From positions 2,112,001-2,176,000 of the forward strand of contig OY970192.1 of the NCBI GenBank assembly GCA_963708135.1: 64,000 nt of DNA. Direction: 5' to 3'. Under the pieces are notes generated by a model. That model was given only the letters and a program-made list of their open reading frames with translations. It ran no database searches and had not been told where the DNA came from. This stretch comes from an uncultured Gemmatimonadales bacterium (GTDB taxonomy: Bacteria > Gemmatimonadota > Gemmatimonadetes > Longimicrobiales > RSA9). Of the stretch, positions 56,523 to 64,000 are shown in pieces. A program made the translations under genes and the position numbers. Position 1 is the stretch's first letter. Each line of letters starts with the position of its first letter.

Positions 56523-58757
56523 CTAACGCTCGCGCTCCTCGCCGAACATCGTCTTCATCTGCTGGAAGAAGCCGGCGCGAAGCGCCGCCGACTCGTCCGG
56601 CGGCAGCGCGATCTCGGCGGCGCGGACGTTCAGCAGCTCGGGCGGGATCTCCCCCAGGTAGCGTGAGGGCAGGACGACCTCGCGGCCCTTGCGCGCGCGG
56701 CAGAGCGAGAGGGCGAGGCGCTGCCGGGCGCGGGTGATACCGACATAGAGCAGGCGCCGCTCCTCCGAGAGGGGATCGGCGTCCACGCCGTCTGCGGCGG
56801 CATCGAGCGAGCGAGCGTGCGGCAGGATTCCCTCCTCCAGTCCCACGATGAAGACGTCGCTGAACTCGAGGCCCTTGGCGGAGTGGAGCGTCATGAGGGC
56901 GACGGTGGCGTCGCCATCTTCCGCCTCCTCCGCATCGTCGTCGAGGCCGGCGAGTGCCAGACGGCTGAGAGCGCCGGAGAGCGTGGGCGGGGTCCATGCC
57001 CCGGCCGACGCCGCCTCCGCCGCAGCGGCGAGCGCCTCGCCCCCGACCCCCTCGATCCCGACGCCGGCGGTGGTGGCCAGCTCGGCGGCCTCGGCCCAGG
57101 TCTTCCGCTCGTAGCGAGCGATGGAGCCGACGAGATCACGCAGGTTGTCGAGCCTGACGGGCGCGGAGCGGGCGTTGCGGGGGTCGGCGCGGATCGCGTC
57201 CTCGAGGCCGAGGCGGGAGAACAGCCCCTCGGCCCAGTGGGCGAGGGGCGGCAGGCCGCTCGTGAACGGGGTCCGCGCGGCCTGCGTCTCGGCGGCGTGG
57301 AGGCCGTGGCGGGCGTGGTCGAGGATCTGGAGGAACGCGGCAATGGCGCGCGCCTGGGCCGTGCCGACCAGCGCCTCGTCCGTGTGCCAAAGGGTGCGGG
57401 CGAACGCGGCGCGGTCCGTGGCCGCGCGCTCCGCCACCTTGAGGACGGTCGTGCGGCCGATGCCGCGCTGGGGGTAGTTGATGATGCGCCGCAGGGCGAT
57501 CTCGTCGCTGGGGTTCGCCGCCACGCGCAGGTAGGCGAGGGCGTCGGCGACCTCTTTTCGATCGAAGAAGGAGGTGCCGCCGAGGACGCGGTAGGGCACG
57601 TTCTTCTCCCGCAGCGCCTCCTCGAGGGGGCGGGCCTGGGTGTTGGTGCGGTAGAGGACCGCGATCTCGCCCCAGCGCAGCTTCCTGGTGAAGCGGCGGA
57701 GGGTGATCTCGGTGGCGATCGCCTCGGCCTCCGCCGCCTCGTCCTCGTGCTCGAAGTAGTCGATCAGCGCGCCGACCCCGTTGTCCGTGCGCAGGCGTTT
57801 GGCGTGCCGGTGCGGATTCCCCGCGATCACGGCGTTGGCAGCCTCGAGGATGCGGCGGGTGGAGCGGTAGTTCTGCTCGAGTGTGACCACTGCCGCGCCG
57901 GGGAAATGGCGCTCGAACTCGAGGATGTTGGAGACGTCGGCGCCGCGGAAGGCGTAGATGGACTGGTCGTCGTCGCCGACCACGCAGAGGTTGCGGCGGG
58001 AGCCGGCGAGGAGGCGGGCGAGCTCCAGCTGGACGCCGTTGGTGTCCTGGTACTCGTCGACGAGGAAGTAGTGCCAGCGCTTCCAGAGGGCGCGGCGGAT
58101 GTCCTCGTCCTCGGAGAGCAGCCGAAGGGGAAGGAGCAGCAGGTCGTCGAAGTCGACCGCACCGGATGCGCGCAGGACCTCGTCGTAGCGGGCGTAGGCG
58201 CCGGCGGCCAGGACGGCGTAGTCATCGGAGCGGTCGCCGCGGGCGGGGCCGGCCGCCACCTCGGCGGTGGCCGCGGCGGGGACGAGGCCGCGGGACTTCC
58301 AATCTGAGATCTGGCGCAGCACCCTCTTCAGATCGAAGGAGTCGTCGTCGATCGAGACCTCGGCGGTGGCGCTTCGCAATGCGGCGAGCTGGTCGGCGGT
58401 CGAGTAGATGGCGAAGCGGCGGGGGAGCCCGAGACGCTCGCCGTGCTCACGGAGGATGCGGGCACCGAGGGCGTGGAAGGTGCTGACGACGACGGAGCGC
58501 GCCTGGTCGGGGGCGAAGGCGCGCACCCGCTCGCGCATCTCCTCGGCAGCGCGGTTGGTGAAGGTCACGGCCACGATGCGCGACGGGGGCACGTCGTGCC
58601 CGCGGATCAGGTGCACGATCCGGTGCACCAACGTCCTGGTCTTTCCCGACCCGGCCCCGGCGAGCACCAGCAGGGGACCCTCGGTATGGAGGACCGCCCG
58701 GCGCTGCTCTGGATTGAGACCGCGGAGATGGGACTGCCGGCTCCGCGCTTCGCTCAT
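56523..58757 (-). CDS. UvrD/Rep/PcrA family DNA helicase
   Basis: LAGAGSGKT, VTFTNRAA, VDEYQDTN, VGDDDQSIY, QNYRST, TLHSAKGLEF, EERRLLYVGITRA. Confidence 0.94.
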   Translation of the reverse strand: MSEARSRQSHLRGLNPEQRRAVLHTEGPLLVLAGAGSGKTRTLVHRIVHLIRGHDVPPSRIVAVTFTNRAAEEMRERVRAFAPDQARSVVVSTFHALGARILREHGERLGLPRRFAIYSTADQLAALRSATAEVSIDDDSFDLKRVLRQISDWKSRGLVPAAATAEVAAGPARGDRSDDYAVLAAGAYARYDEVLRASGAVDFDDLLLLPLRLLSEDEDIRRALWKRWHYFLVDEYQDTNGVQLELARLLAGSRRNLCVVGDDDQSIYAFRGADVSNILEFERHFPGAAVVTLEQNYRSTRRILEAANAVIAGNPHRHAKRLRTDNGVGALIDYFEHEDEAAEAEAIATEITLRRFTRKLRWGEIAVLYRTNTQARPLEEALREKNVPYRVLGGTSFFDRKEVADALAYLRVAANPSDEIALRRIINYPQRGIGRTTVLKVAERAATDRAAFARTLWHTDEALVGTAQARAIAAFLQILDHARHGLHAAETQAARTPFTSGLPPLAHWAEGLFSRLGLEDAIRADPRNARSAPVRLDNLRDLVGSIARYERKTWAEAAELATTAGVGIEGVGGEALAAAAEAASAGAWTPPTLSGALSRLALAGLDDDAEEAEDGDATVALMTLHSAKGLEFSDVFIVGLEEGILPHARSLDAAADGVDADPLSEERRLLYVGITRARQRLALSLCRARKGREVVLPSRYLGEIPPELLNVRAAEIALPPDESAALRAGFFQQMKTMFGEERER

Positions 58758-59929
58758 GCGGTGGCGGGCGGGCGGGGGCGGGCGTCGCGGAGCACGTCGA
58801 GAAGGGCGGCGACATCGCGCTCGTCGTTGTAGACGTGCGGCGAGATGCGGAGCGCGCTGCCGCGGCGGGAAACGAAGACGCGGCGCTCCTGGAGGCGGAC
58901 GTGGACGGCGTCCATGTCGAGCGAGCCGGGCGCGCGCAGGCCGAAGAGGTGGGTGGCGCGCCAGGCGGCGTCCTCGACCACGAAGCCGAGAGCACGCGCC
59001 TCATGGACGAGCTCAGCGGTCAGCCCGGCGCAGTACTCCTGGATGGACGCGGCGCCCCAATCGAGGTTCTGCGTCAGGGCGGCGTTCAGCATCGGCATGA
59101 GGATGAAGTTGCTGCGCTCGCCGACATCGTAGCGGAGCGCGCCGGGCTGATACTCCTCGCGCTCCGTGACGAGCCCGGCGAAATCCTCGCTGCCGAGGCG
59201 TGCGATCCAGTTCTCCTCGAGGGGCTCCCCGTCATCGAATCGCTCACCGAAGTAGGCCAGGCCGACAGAGTAGGGGCCGAGCAGCCACTTGTACGCGGCG
59301 GCGACGAGGGCGTCCGGGCGCACCTTCCGCACATCGATCGGCAGCGCCCCGACCGATTGGGTCCCGTCCACGACGAACAGCGCGCCCACCTCGCGGGCCC
59401 GGGTCCCGATTCGCTCCAGGTCGAAGAGCGTGCCGTCGGTCCAGTGCACGTGCGGCAGGGCGACGACCGCGGTGGCCGCATCGATGGCCTCGAGCACCCG
59501 CGCGTTCCACTCCGCCCCGCGAGCGCGCGCCCGCTCCGGCGGAGCTACGCTCCGGAGCTGGAGGCCCTTGCGGTGGGCCAGCTTCCGCCACGCCAGCGCA
59601 TTGCTCGGGAACTGCTCGTGGAGCAGGACGAGGTTCTGCCCGGCGCTCACGGGCGCGTTCCGTACGGCGACCGCTATGCCGTAGGAGGCCGCGGGGATGA
59701 TGGCGATACGCTTCGGGTCCGGGGAGCCGACGAGCGCGGCGAACAGGCGGCGGCCCTCGTCGCTTTCGCGGAAGAAGTCATCGGGCGTGATGCTGCTCGG
59801 CACCGCCTTGCGGCGGATCCCGCGCAGCCCCGCTTCCTGCGTGGCGGTCGAGAGGGGGCCGATATAGGCGGAGTTCAGATAGTGCAGGTCTTCGGGAAGC
59901 GAGAAGAGCGCCCGCTTGCAGCTCAGCAT
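58754..59929 (-). CDS. Class V PLP aminotransferase (cysteine desulfurase/kynureninase-like)
   Basis: YLNSAY, VDGTQSVG, YKWLLGPY, LRISPHVYN; start trimmed to ATG 59929. Confidence 0.87.
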   Translation of the reverse strand: MLSCKRALFSLPEDLHYLNSAYIGPLSTATQEAGLRGIRRKAVPSSITPDDFFRESDEGRRLFAALVGSPDPKRIAIIPAASYGIAVAVRNAPVSAGQNLVLLHEQFPSNALAWRKLAHRKGLQLRSVAPPERARARGAEWNARVLEAIDAATAVVALPHVHWTDGTLFDLERIGTRAREVGALFVVDGTQSVGALPIDVRKVRPDALVAAAYKWLLGPYSVGLAYFGERFDDGEPLEENWIARLGSEDFAGLVTEREEYQPGALRYDVGERSNFILMPMLNAALTQNLDWGAASIQEYCAGLTAELVHEARALGFVVEDAAWRATHLFGLRAPGSLDMDAVHVRLQERRVFVSRRGSALRISPHVYNDERDVAALLDVLRDARPRPPATA

Positions 59930-60318
59930 GATCGTGCGGTCCGGCCGGGGACGGGTGACGGGGCGGTGTAGGTGACGCGGGAATGTAGTCGCGAGAGGGT
60001 AAGGGATCAACTTCGGGGGGCACGGCGATCGGGATGCGGGGGTTCCTCGCTGTTCCGAGTGGGTGAGGATTGGAGCGGGGTGCGGGTGCGGGTGCGGGGC
60101 TCGCGCGCGGCCGTTTTGGACGGGGCACGAAACGCCGCAGACGCACACGCACGACGCACAACGCACACGCACACGGAGGTCTTGCGCCGCCGCCGGCTGG
60201 CGCAAGCCACGTGAGACAGGAGGAGCCGATTCGCGAGACGGGGTGGCGGGGCCGGGGCGTGGCCGGAGGGAATGGGACGTGCATGGGGCGGGGTGGGGCA
60301 GAAACGGGAGAGGGGAAC

Positions 60319-60675
60319 ATGGCGGAAGCGATGGAAGCGTCGGAGGGATGGCGGACGGAGCGGCGATGGCCGACATCGAAGCAGGAGGCCCGGCGCGAGA
60401 TCCAGGCGACGCGGAACCGGATCTCGCGGGACCTGGACGCGCTGGAGCGGCGGCTCAACTCGGCGACGGGCGGGCTGGGCACGCACTGGGTGCGGCGGCT
60501 GCGCAGCGAGGTGCGGGACGATCCGGTGGCCTCGCTTACGCTGGCGTTCGGCGCGGGAATCGCGGCCGGCGCGCTGGTGAGCGCGGCAAGGGACCGGCGC
60601 TCGTGGCCGGCGGAGGCCCTGCGGCAGCTGCGGCGGCACCTTCCGCGGGCGCTGAGGGAGGCGGTCGGGGGGTAG
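60319..60675 (+). CDS. Small DUF3618/ElaB-like tail-anchored protein
   Basis: RBS; REIQATRNRISRDLDALERRL coiled segment; P.ASLTLAFGAGIAAGAL TM. Confidence 0.6.
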   Translation: MAEAMEASEGWRTERRWPTSKQEARREIQATRNRISRDLDALERRLNSATGGLGTHWVRRLRSEVRDDPVASLTLAFGAGIAAGALVSAARDRRSWPAEALRQLRRHLPRALREAVGG

Positions 60676-60719
60676 TTCGTGCCGGCGCCAGCCTGGCGGG
60701 GCCGATGGGCCGGGGGCCT

Positions 60720-61268
60720 TCACCTGTAGACCTGCACGTCTCCCTGGAGAAGCGTGGAGGGGCCGAAGCTGTAGGTTCCGAGCACGCCCGCGCTGACGCC
60801 GATCGTGCCATCCAGCCGATACCCGAGTGCATTGGCGGTGAGCGCCTTGCGGGCGACGTCCGCCAGACCGGGGAGGTCGGAGAAGTTGACGGTGAGATCC
60901 ATCGGGATGACGGTGTCGGCGCTGGCGCGGAGCGGCAGCCCGAGCGGCAGCTCGACGCCGGCAGCGCGGGTGCCCTCGAGGAAGAGGGTGCCGGCAACGG
61001 TGCTGAGGTCGAGCCCGAAGGGATTCGGATTCTGGACGCGCGCCCAGAGGCGGATGGCGGCGCCGCCGATCGGACGGCCGGCGGAGGGACCGATGAGCCG
61101 GAGCTCCGGCTGACGCCCTTGCGCCTGCGTGATGCGCGGCGGCTCGAGGGCGTTCCTGAGGGAGGCGCAGGCGCCGAGCAGCAGGGCGCCCGCCAGGGCC
61201 AGGACGGTGGCCCGGCCGGGGGGGAGTAGAGGGACACTCGGGCGTCCGGGGCGCACGCCACGGGCCAT
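60720..61268 (-). CDS. LEA type 2 (WHy) lipoprotein
   Basis: Lipobox LLGAC; VQNPNPFGL; YRLDGTIGV. Confidence 0.78.
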   Translation of the reverse strand: MARGVRPGRPSVPLLPPGRATVLALAGALLLGACASLRNALEPPRITQAQGRQPELRLIGPSAGRPIGGAAIRLWARVQNPNPFGLDLSTVAGTLFLEGTRAAGVELPLGLPLRASADTVIPMDLTVNFSDLPGLADVARKALTANALGYRLDGTIGVSAGVLGTYSFGPSTLLQGDVQVYR

Positions 61269-61354
61269 TGCAGTGGACGCGCAACCGGCCGCCGACCCGC
61301 CGCCCCGAGGGGCCACGGGCCGGCGGCGACCGGCGGTCCTCCCCGTTTTCCGAC

Positions 61355-61780
61355 TCAGTGCAGCTCGCCGCATGCCACGATCTTGCCCAGGTTGGTGGGC
61401 GAGTCGTGGATGTTGACGTAGTAGCTCTTGGTCGGGTCGAGTCCGACGGAGACACGCGCGGTGGCGGATGCGGTGCCATCGGAGCCCACGTTCAGGACGG
61501 GGTACGCGGTGGGCGCGCCGACGATCGGGCCCCCGGAGCCGCACGTCCCCTCGTGGATGTGCCACGGGTGGGCCTCGCCGGCGTTGGCTCCGCCAATGGT
61601 CACAGCCGCGGCCGTGCTGCCGGTGACGGTATTGACGTTGGCGCCGCCGGTGATCCCCGAATCGGACCCGGACTGGAGGGTTGCGGTGAGGCTGCGCGCC
61701 GGGACCTGCTGCATGGGCGGCGCGCCGCCGGCACAACCGGCCAGCGCGAGGAAGACGACGGGGAGCAATCGCATGCGCAT
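61355..61780 (-). CDS. Small lipoprotein, Cu/Zn-SOD-like or CHRD-like fold
   Basis: GGAGG RBS; LAGC lipobox; HPWHIHEGTCG, YYVNIH, VACGEL. Confidence 0.7.
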   Translation of the reverse strand: MRMRLLPVVFLALAGCAGGAPPMQQVPARSLTATLQSGSDSGITGGANVNTVTGSTAAAVTIGGANAGEAHPWHIHEGTCGSGGPIVGAPTAYPVLNVGSDGTASATARVSVGLDPTKSYYVNIHDSPTNLGKIVACGELH

Positions 61781-61856
61781 ACCTCCTCCTGTGTGTTAGG
61801 GCCACGGTGCCCCGCGGCACGGGGCGCGGGGGCGTGATGCAGGTTGGGGACCAGCG

Positions 61857-61903
61857 GCACGCGAAGGGCCGGGCGGCAATGCGCCGCCCGGCCCTTCGCG
61901 TGC
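61857..61903 (-). terminator. Perfect 21-bp inverted repeat right after the S9 peptidase stop
   Basis: GCACGCGAAGGGCCGGGCGGC-aatgc-GCCGCCCGGCCCTTCGCGTGC. Confidence 0.65.
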
Positions 61904-61905
61904 GG

Positions 61906-63987
61906 TCACTGGCCCGCAGCGCGCTGGGGGTGGCTGCCTCCGCCCCAGCGCTCGAACCAGCTCATGATGTAGAGCTGCGTGCGCATGAAGTTGGACGGCT
62001 TCGAGCCGGTGCCGTGGAACTCGCCGTTCATGCGGAGCATGACGGCCGGGACGCCGCGCTCCTTCAGCGCGGCGAAGAACTCCTCGGTCTGGGGAATCGG
62101 CGTACGCCGGTCCAGGACGCCGGTCATGAGCAGGGTGGGCGTCTTGACTTTGCCGACATACATGAGCGAGGAATGCTCGAGCCAGGGCTTGGGATCCTCC
62201 CAGAACGGCTTGTGGAAGAAGCTGCCGGTGAAGAGCGGGATGTCGGTCTGGCCGTTGAAGCTGAGCCAGTCGATGACGGGGCAGCGCACGGCGGCGGCGG
62301 CGAACCGGTCGGTATGGCCGATCGTCCAGCTGGAGAGCACGCCCCCACCGCTGCACCCGGTGACGTAGAGGCGGTGCGGATCGACGTAGCCGCGTCCCAC
62401 GACCGTGTCAACGCCAGCCATGAGGTCCTCGAAATCGACGCTCGGGTAGTCGAAGTCGATGCCGTTGGAGAAGGCGCTGCCGTAGCTGGTGCTGCCGCGC
62501 GGGTTGGTGTAGAGGACGAGGTAGCCGTCGGCCGCCCAGTTCTGGAAGGCGTAGTCGAAGCTCTCGTTGTAGCTGGCGAACGGGCCGCCGTGGATGCTCA
62601 GGATGAGCGGGTACTTGCGGGCGGGGTCGAAGGAGGGCGGCTTGACGAGCCAGCCCTCGACCCTGGTGCCGCCGGTGGAGGTGTACCAGACGCGCTCGAC
62701 CTGCCCGAGGTGGATCCCCTGCAGCACGTCATCGTTGACGGCCGTGAGGCGAGTGGGCTTGCCGGGGTGGCGCAGGTCGTAGCGCACGACATCGTAGGGA
62801 TGCGTGGGATCGCCGGCGAGGCCGACGGCGATCAGGTCGTGGCCGAGCGAAGCGAGCGAGAGCATGTGCTCGCCGGTCGTGAGCTGCCTGAGCGCGCCAT
62901 GGAGCGCGGCGTAGTGGACGTTGCGTGCGCCCTCATCAATGGCGTCGAAGTAGATGCCGGCGCCGTCGGGCGCCCAGGTAAGATCCTGTGGATCCCGGTC
63001 GAGGCTGGTGCTCAGGTCGCGCATCCCCGAGCCGTCGGTGCCGACGACCCAGAGGTCGCTTGTGGTGTGCGTGTGCGGCGCCGTCGCGTAGCCGGCGAAG
63101 GCGATCGTGCGGCCATCGGGCGAGACGGCCGGATCGGCCCAGAAGCCGGGCCGGTCGACGACGGTGCGGACATTGCCGGTGGCGAGATCAACGGCGTAGA
63201 TCGAGGCCTTCTGGTAGGCGAGATCTCCGTTCTCCCCGCGCAGCCCGTCGAAGACGATGGTTGTGCCGTCGGGGGTCCAGTCCAGGCCGGCGCCCTGGCC
63301 GAGGTCGTCGAAGCGGGCGCCCACGTTCCACTCGCCGTGCGTGAGCTGGCGCGGCGTGCCGCCATCTGCGGGGACCACGAAGAGGTGTGTGTATCCCGGG
63401 TCGGTGAAGCCGACGCGGTCCTGGTTATAGTGGAGGCGGTCAACCATCATCGGCGCGGGCGTCCACTTCGCGCCAGCGGGCGCCTTGGGCAGGTCGATGT
63501 GCCAGCTGTCGTGATCCGGGACGAACATGGTGAAGGCGATGCTCTTCCCATCGGGCGACCAGTGGGGGCTCATCGGCCGCTCCACCACGCGCGTGACCTG
63601 GGAGACGGCGTCGGTGCCGTCCATCCAGCGCACGAACAGCTGTGAGCCGGTGGGGTCTCCCTTCGCGAGGTAGAGGATGCGCGAGCCGTCGGGCGCCCAG
63701 CGGGCTCCGCTCCCCTCGGCCACGAACTGCTGGTGCGAGCCGTCGGCATTCATCAGCCACACGGCGGATTCCCTCTTGTCCTCCAGCTTGTCAACCCAGC
63801 TCCGGGTGAAGACCACTCGCCGGCCGTCGGGCGAGAGCTGCGGGTCGGAGACCCACTCCCAGTCGAGGTAGTGGTCCACGGTGAGGAGCGTGTCGGAGGG
63901 CGTCTCCTGCGCCGCGGCGGCCGGGGGCGCCGGCAGCCACGCGAGCGCGAGCGACGCCACAATGGGGACCATGCGGAGTCGGGACAT
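61906..63987 (-). CDS. S9 family peptidase (acylaminoacyl/dipeptidyl peptidase) with beta-propeller
   Basis: Signal peptide; WSPDG repeats; IHGGP, NPRGSTSYG, nucleophile GCSGGG, D(RRTP), EFHG. Confidence 0.92.
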   Translation of the reverse strand: MSRLRMVPIVASLALAWLPAPPAAAAQETPSDTLLTVDHYLDWEWVSDPQLSPDGRRVVFTRSWVDKLEDKRESAVWLMNADGSHQQFVAEGSGARWAPDGSRILYLAKGDPTGSQLFVRWMDGTDAVSQVTRVVERPMSPHWSPDGKSIAFTMFVPDHDSWHIDLPKAPAGAKWTPAPMMVDRLHYNQDRVGFTDPGYTHLFVVPADGGTPRQLTHGEWNVGARFDDLGQGAGLDWTPDGTTIVFDGLRGENGDLAYQKASIYAVDLATGNVRTVVDRPGFWADPAVSPDGRTIAFAGYATAPHTHTTSDLWVVGTDGSGMRDLSTSLDRDPQDLTWAPDGAGIYFDAIDEGARNVHYAALHGALRQLTTGEHMLSLASLGHDLIAVGLAGDPTHPYDVVRYDLRHPGKPTRLTAVNDDVLQGIHLGQVERVWYTSTGGTRVEGWLVKPPSFDPARKYPLILSIHGGPFASYNESFDYAFQNWAADGYLVLYTNPRGSTSYGSAFSNGIDFDYPSVDFEDLMAGVDTVVGRGYVDPHRLYVTGCSGGGVLSSWTIGHTDRFAAAAVRCPVIDWLSFNGQTDIPLFTGSFFHKPFWEDPKPWLEHSSLMYVGKVKTPTLLMTGVLDRRTPIPQTEEFFAALKERGVPAVMLRMNGEFHGTGSKPSNFMRTQLYIMSWFERWGGGSHPQRAAGQ

Positions 63988-64000
63988 GGGCTCTCCCTGT

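Noticed and set aside
1..64000. CRISPR arrays, tRNA/rRNA genes, transposases, integrases, prophage or defence genes
   Set aside because: None recognised by eye. The 18-bp palindromes are dispersed single sites, not an array.

Overview
High-GC bacterial DNA. Gene style (Ig-repeat lipoproteins, an Oar-type TonB receptor, an S9 peptidase) suggests Gemmatimonadota, but this is inference only. Positions 1 to about 47,400 are one exosortase/EpsI-associated Wzx/Wzy-type exopolysaccharide locus. It encodes Wzc, a Wzb-like phosphatase, a priming sugar transferase, 7 glycosyltransferases (one split at a G7 tract), a polymerase/ligase, a flippase, 2 deacetylases, FemAB, AsnB-type and ATP-grasp modifiers, 4 sulfotransferases, and its own SLC13 permease-cysD-cysNC PAPS supply. 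Two paralogous sigma54 activators sit near its ends. The non-coding DNA carries three features not explained by the ORFs. (1) An 18-bp palindrome TGTTGC-N6-GCAACA occurs in seven intergenic regions, each paired with a correctly spaced sigma54 -24/-12 element, suggesting a self-contained regulon. (2) A complete GEMM-I riboswitch with A at the Vc2 G20 position (the 3',3'-cGAMP-type signature) lies ahead of an Ig-repeat surface lipoprotein. (3) A promoter- and terminator-bounded, roughly 230-nt 6S-like structured RNA lies near 53.8 kb. Positions 47,600-64,000 are mostly housekeeping or accessory genes: ackA, an AttEFGH-like ABC/lipocalin cassette, a methyltransferase, MscS, a UvrD-type helicase, a class V aminotransferase, small lipoproteins and an S9 peptidase. 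All calls come from manual reading; no searches were run.
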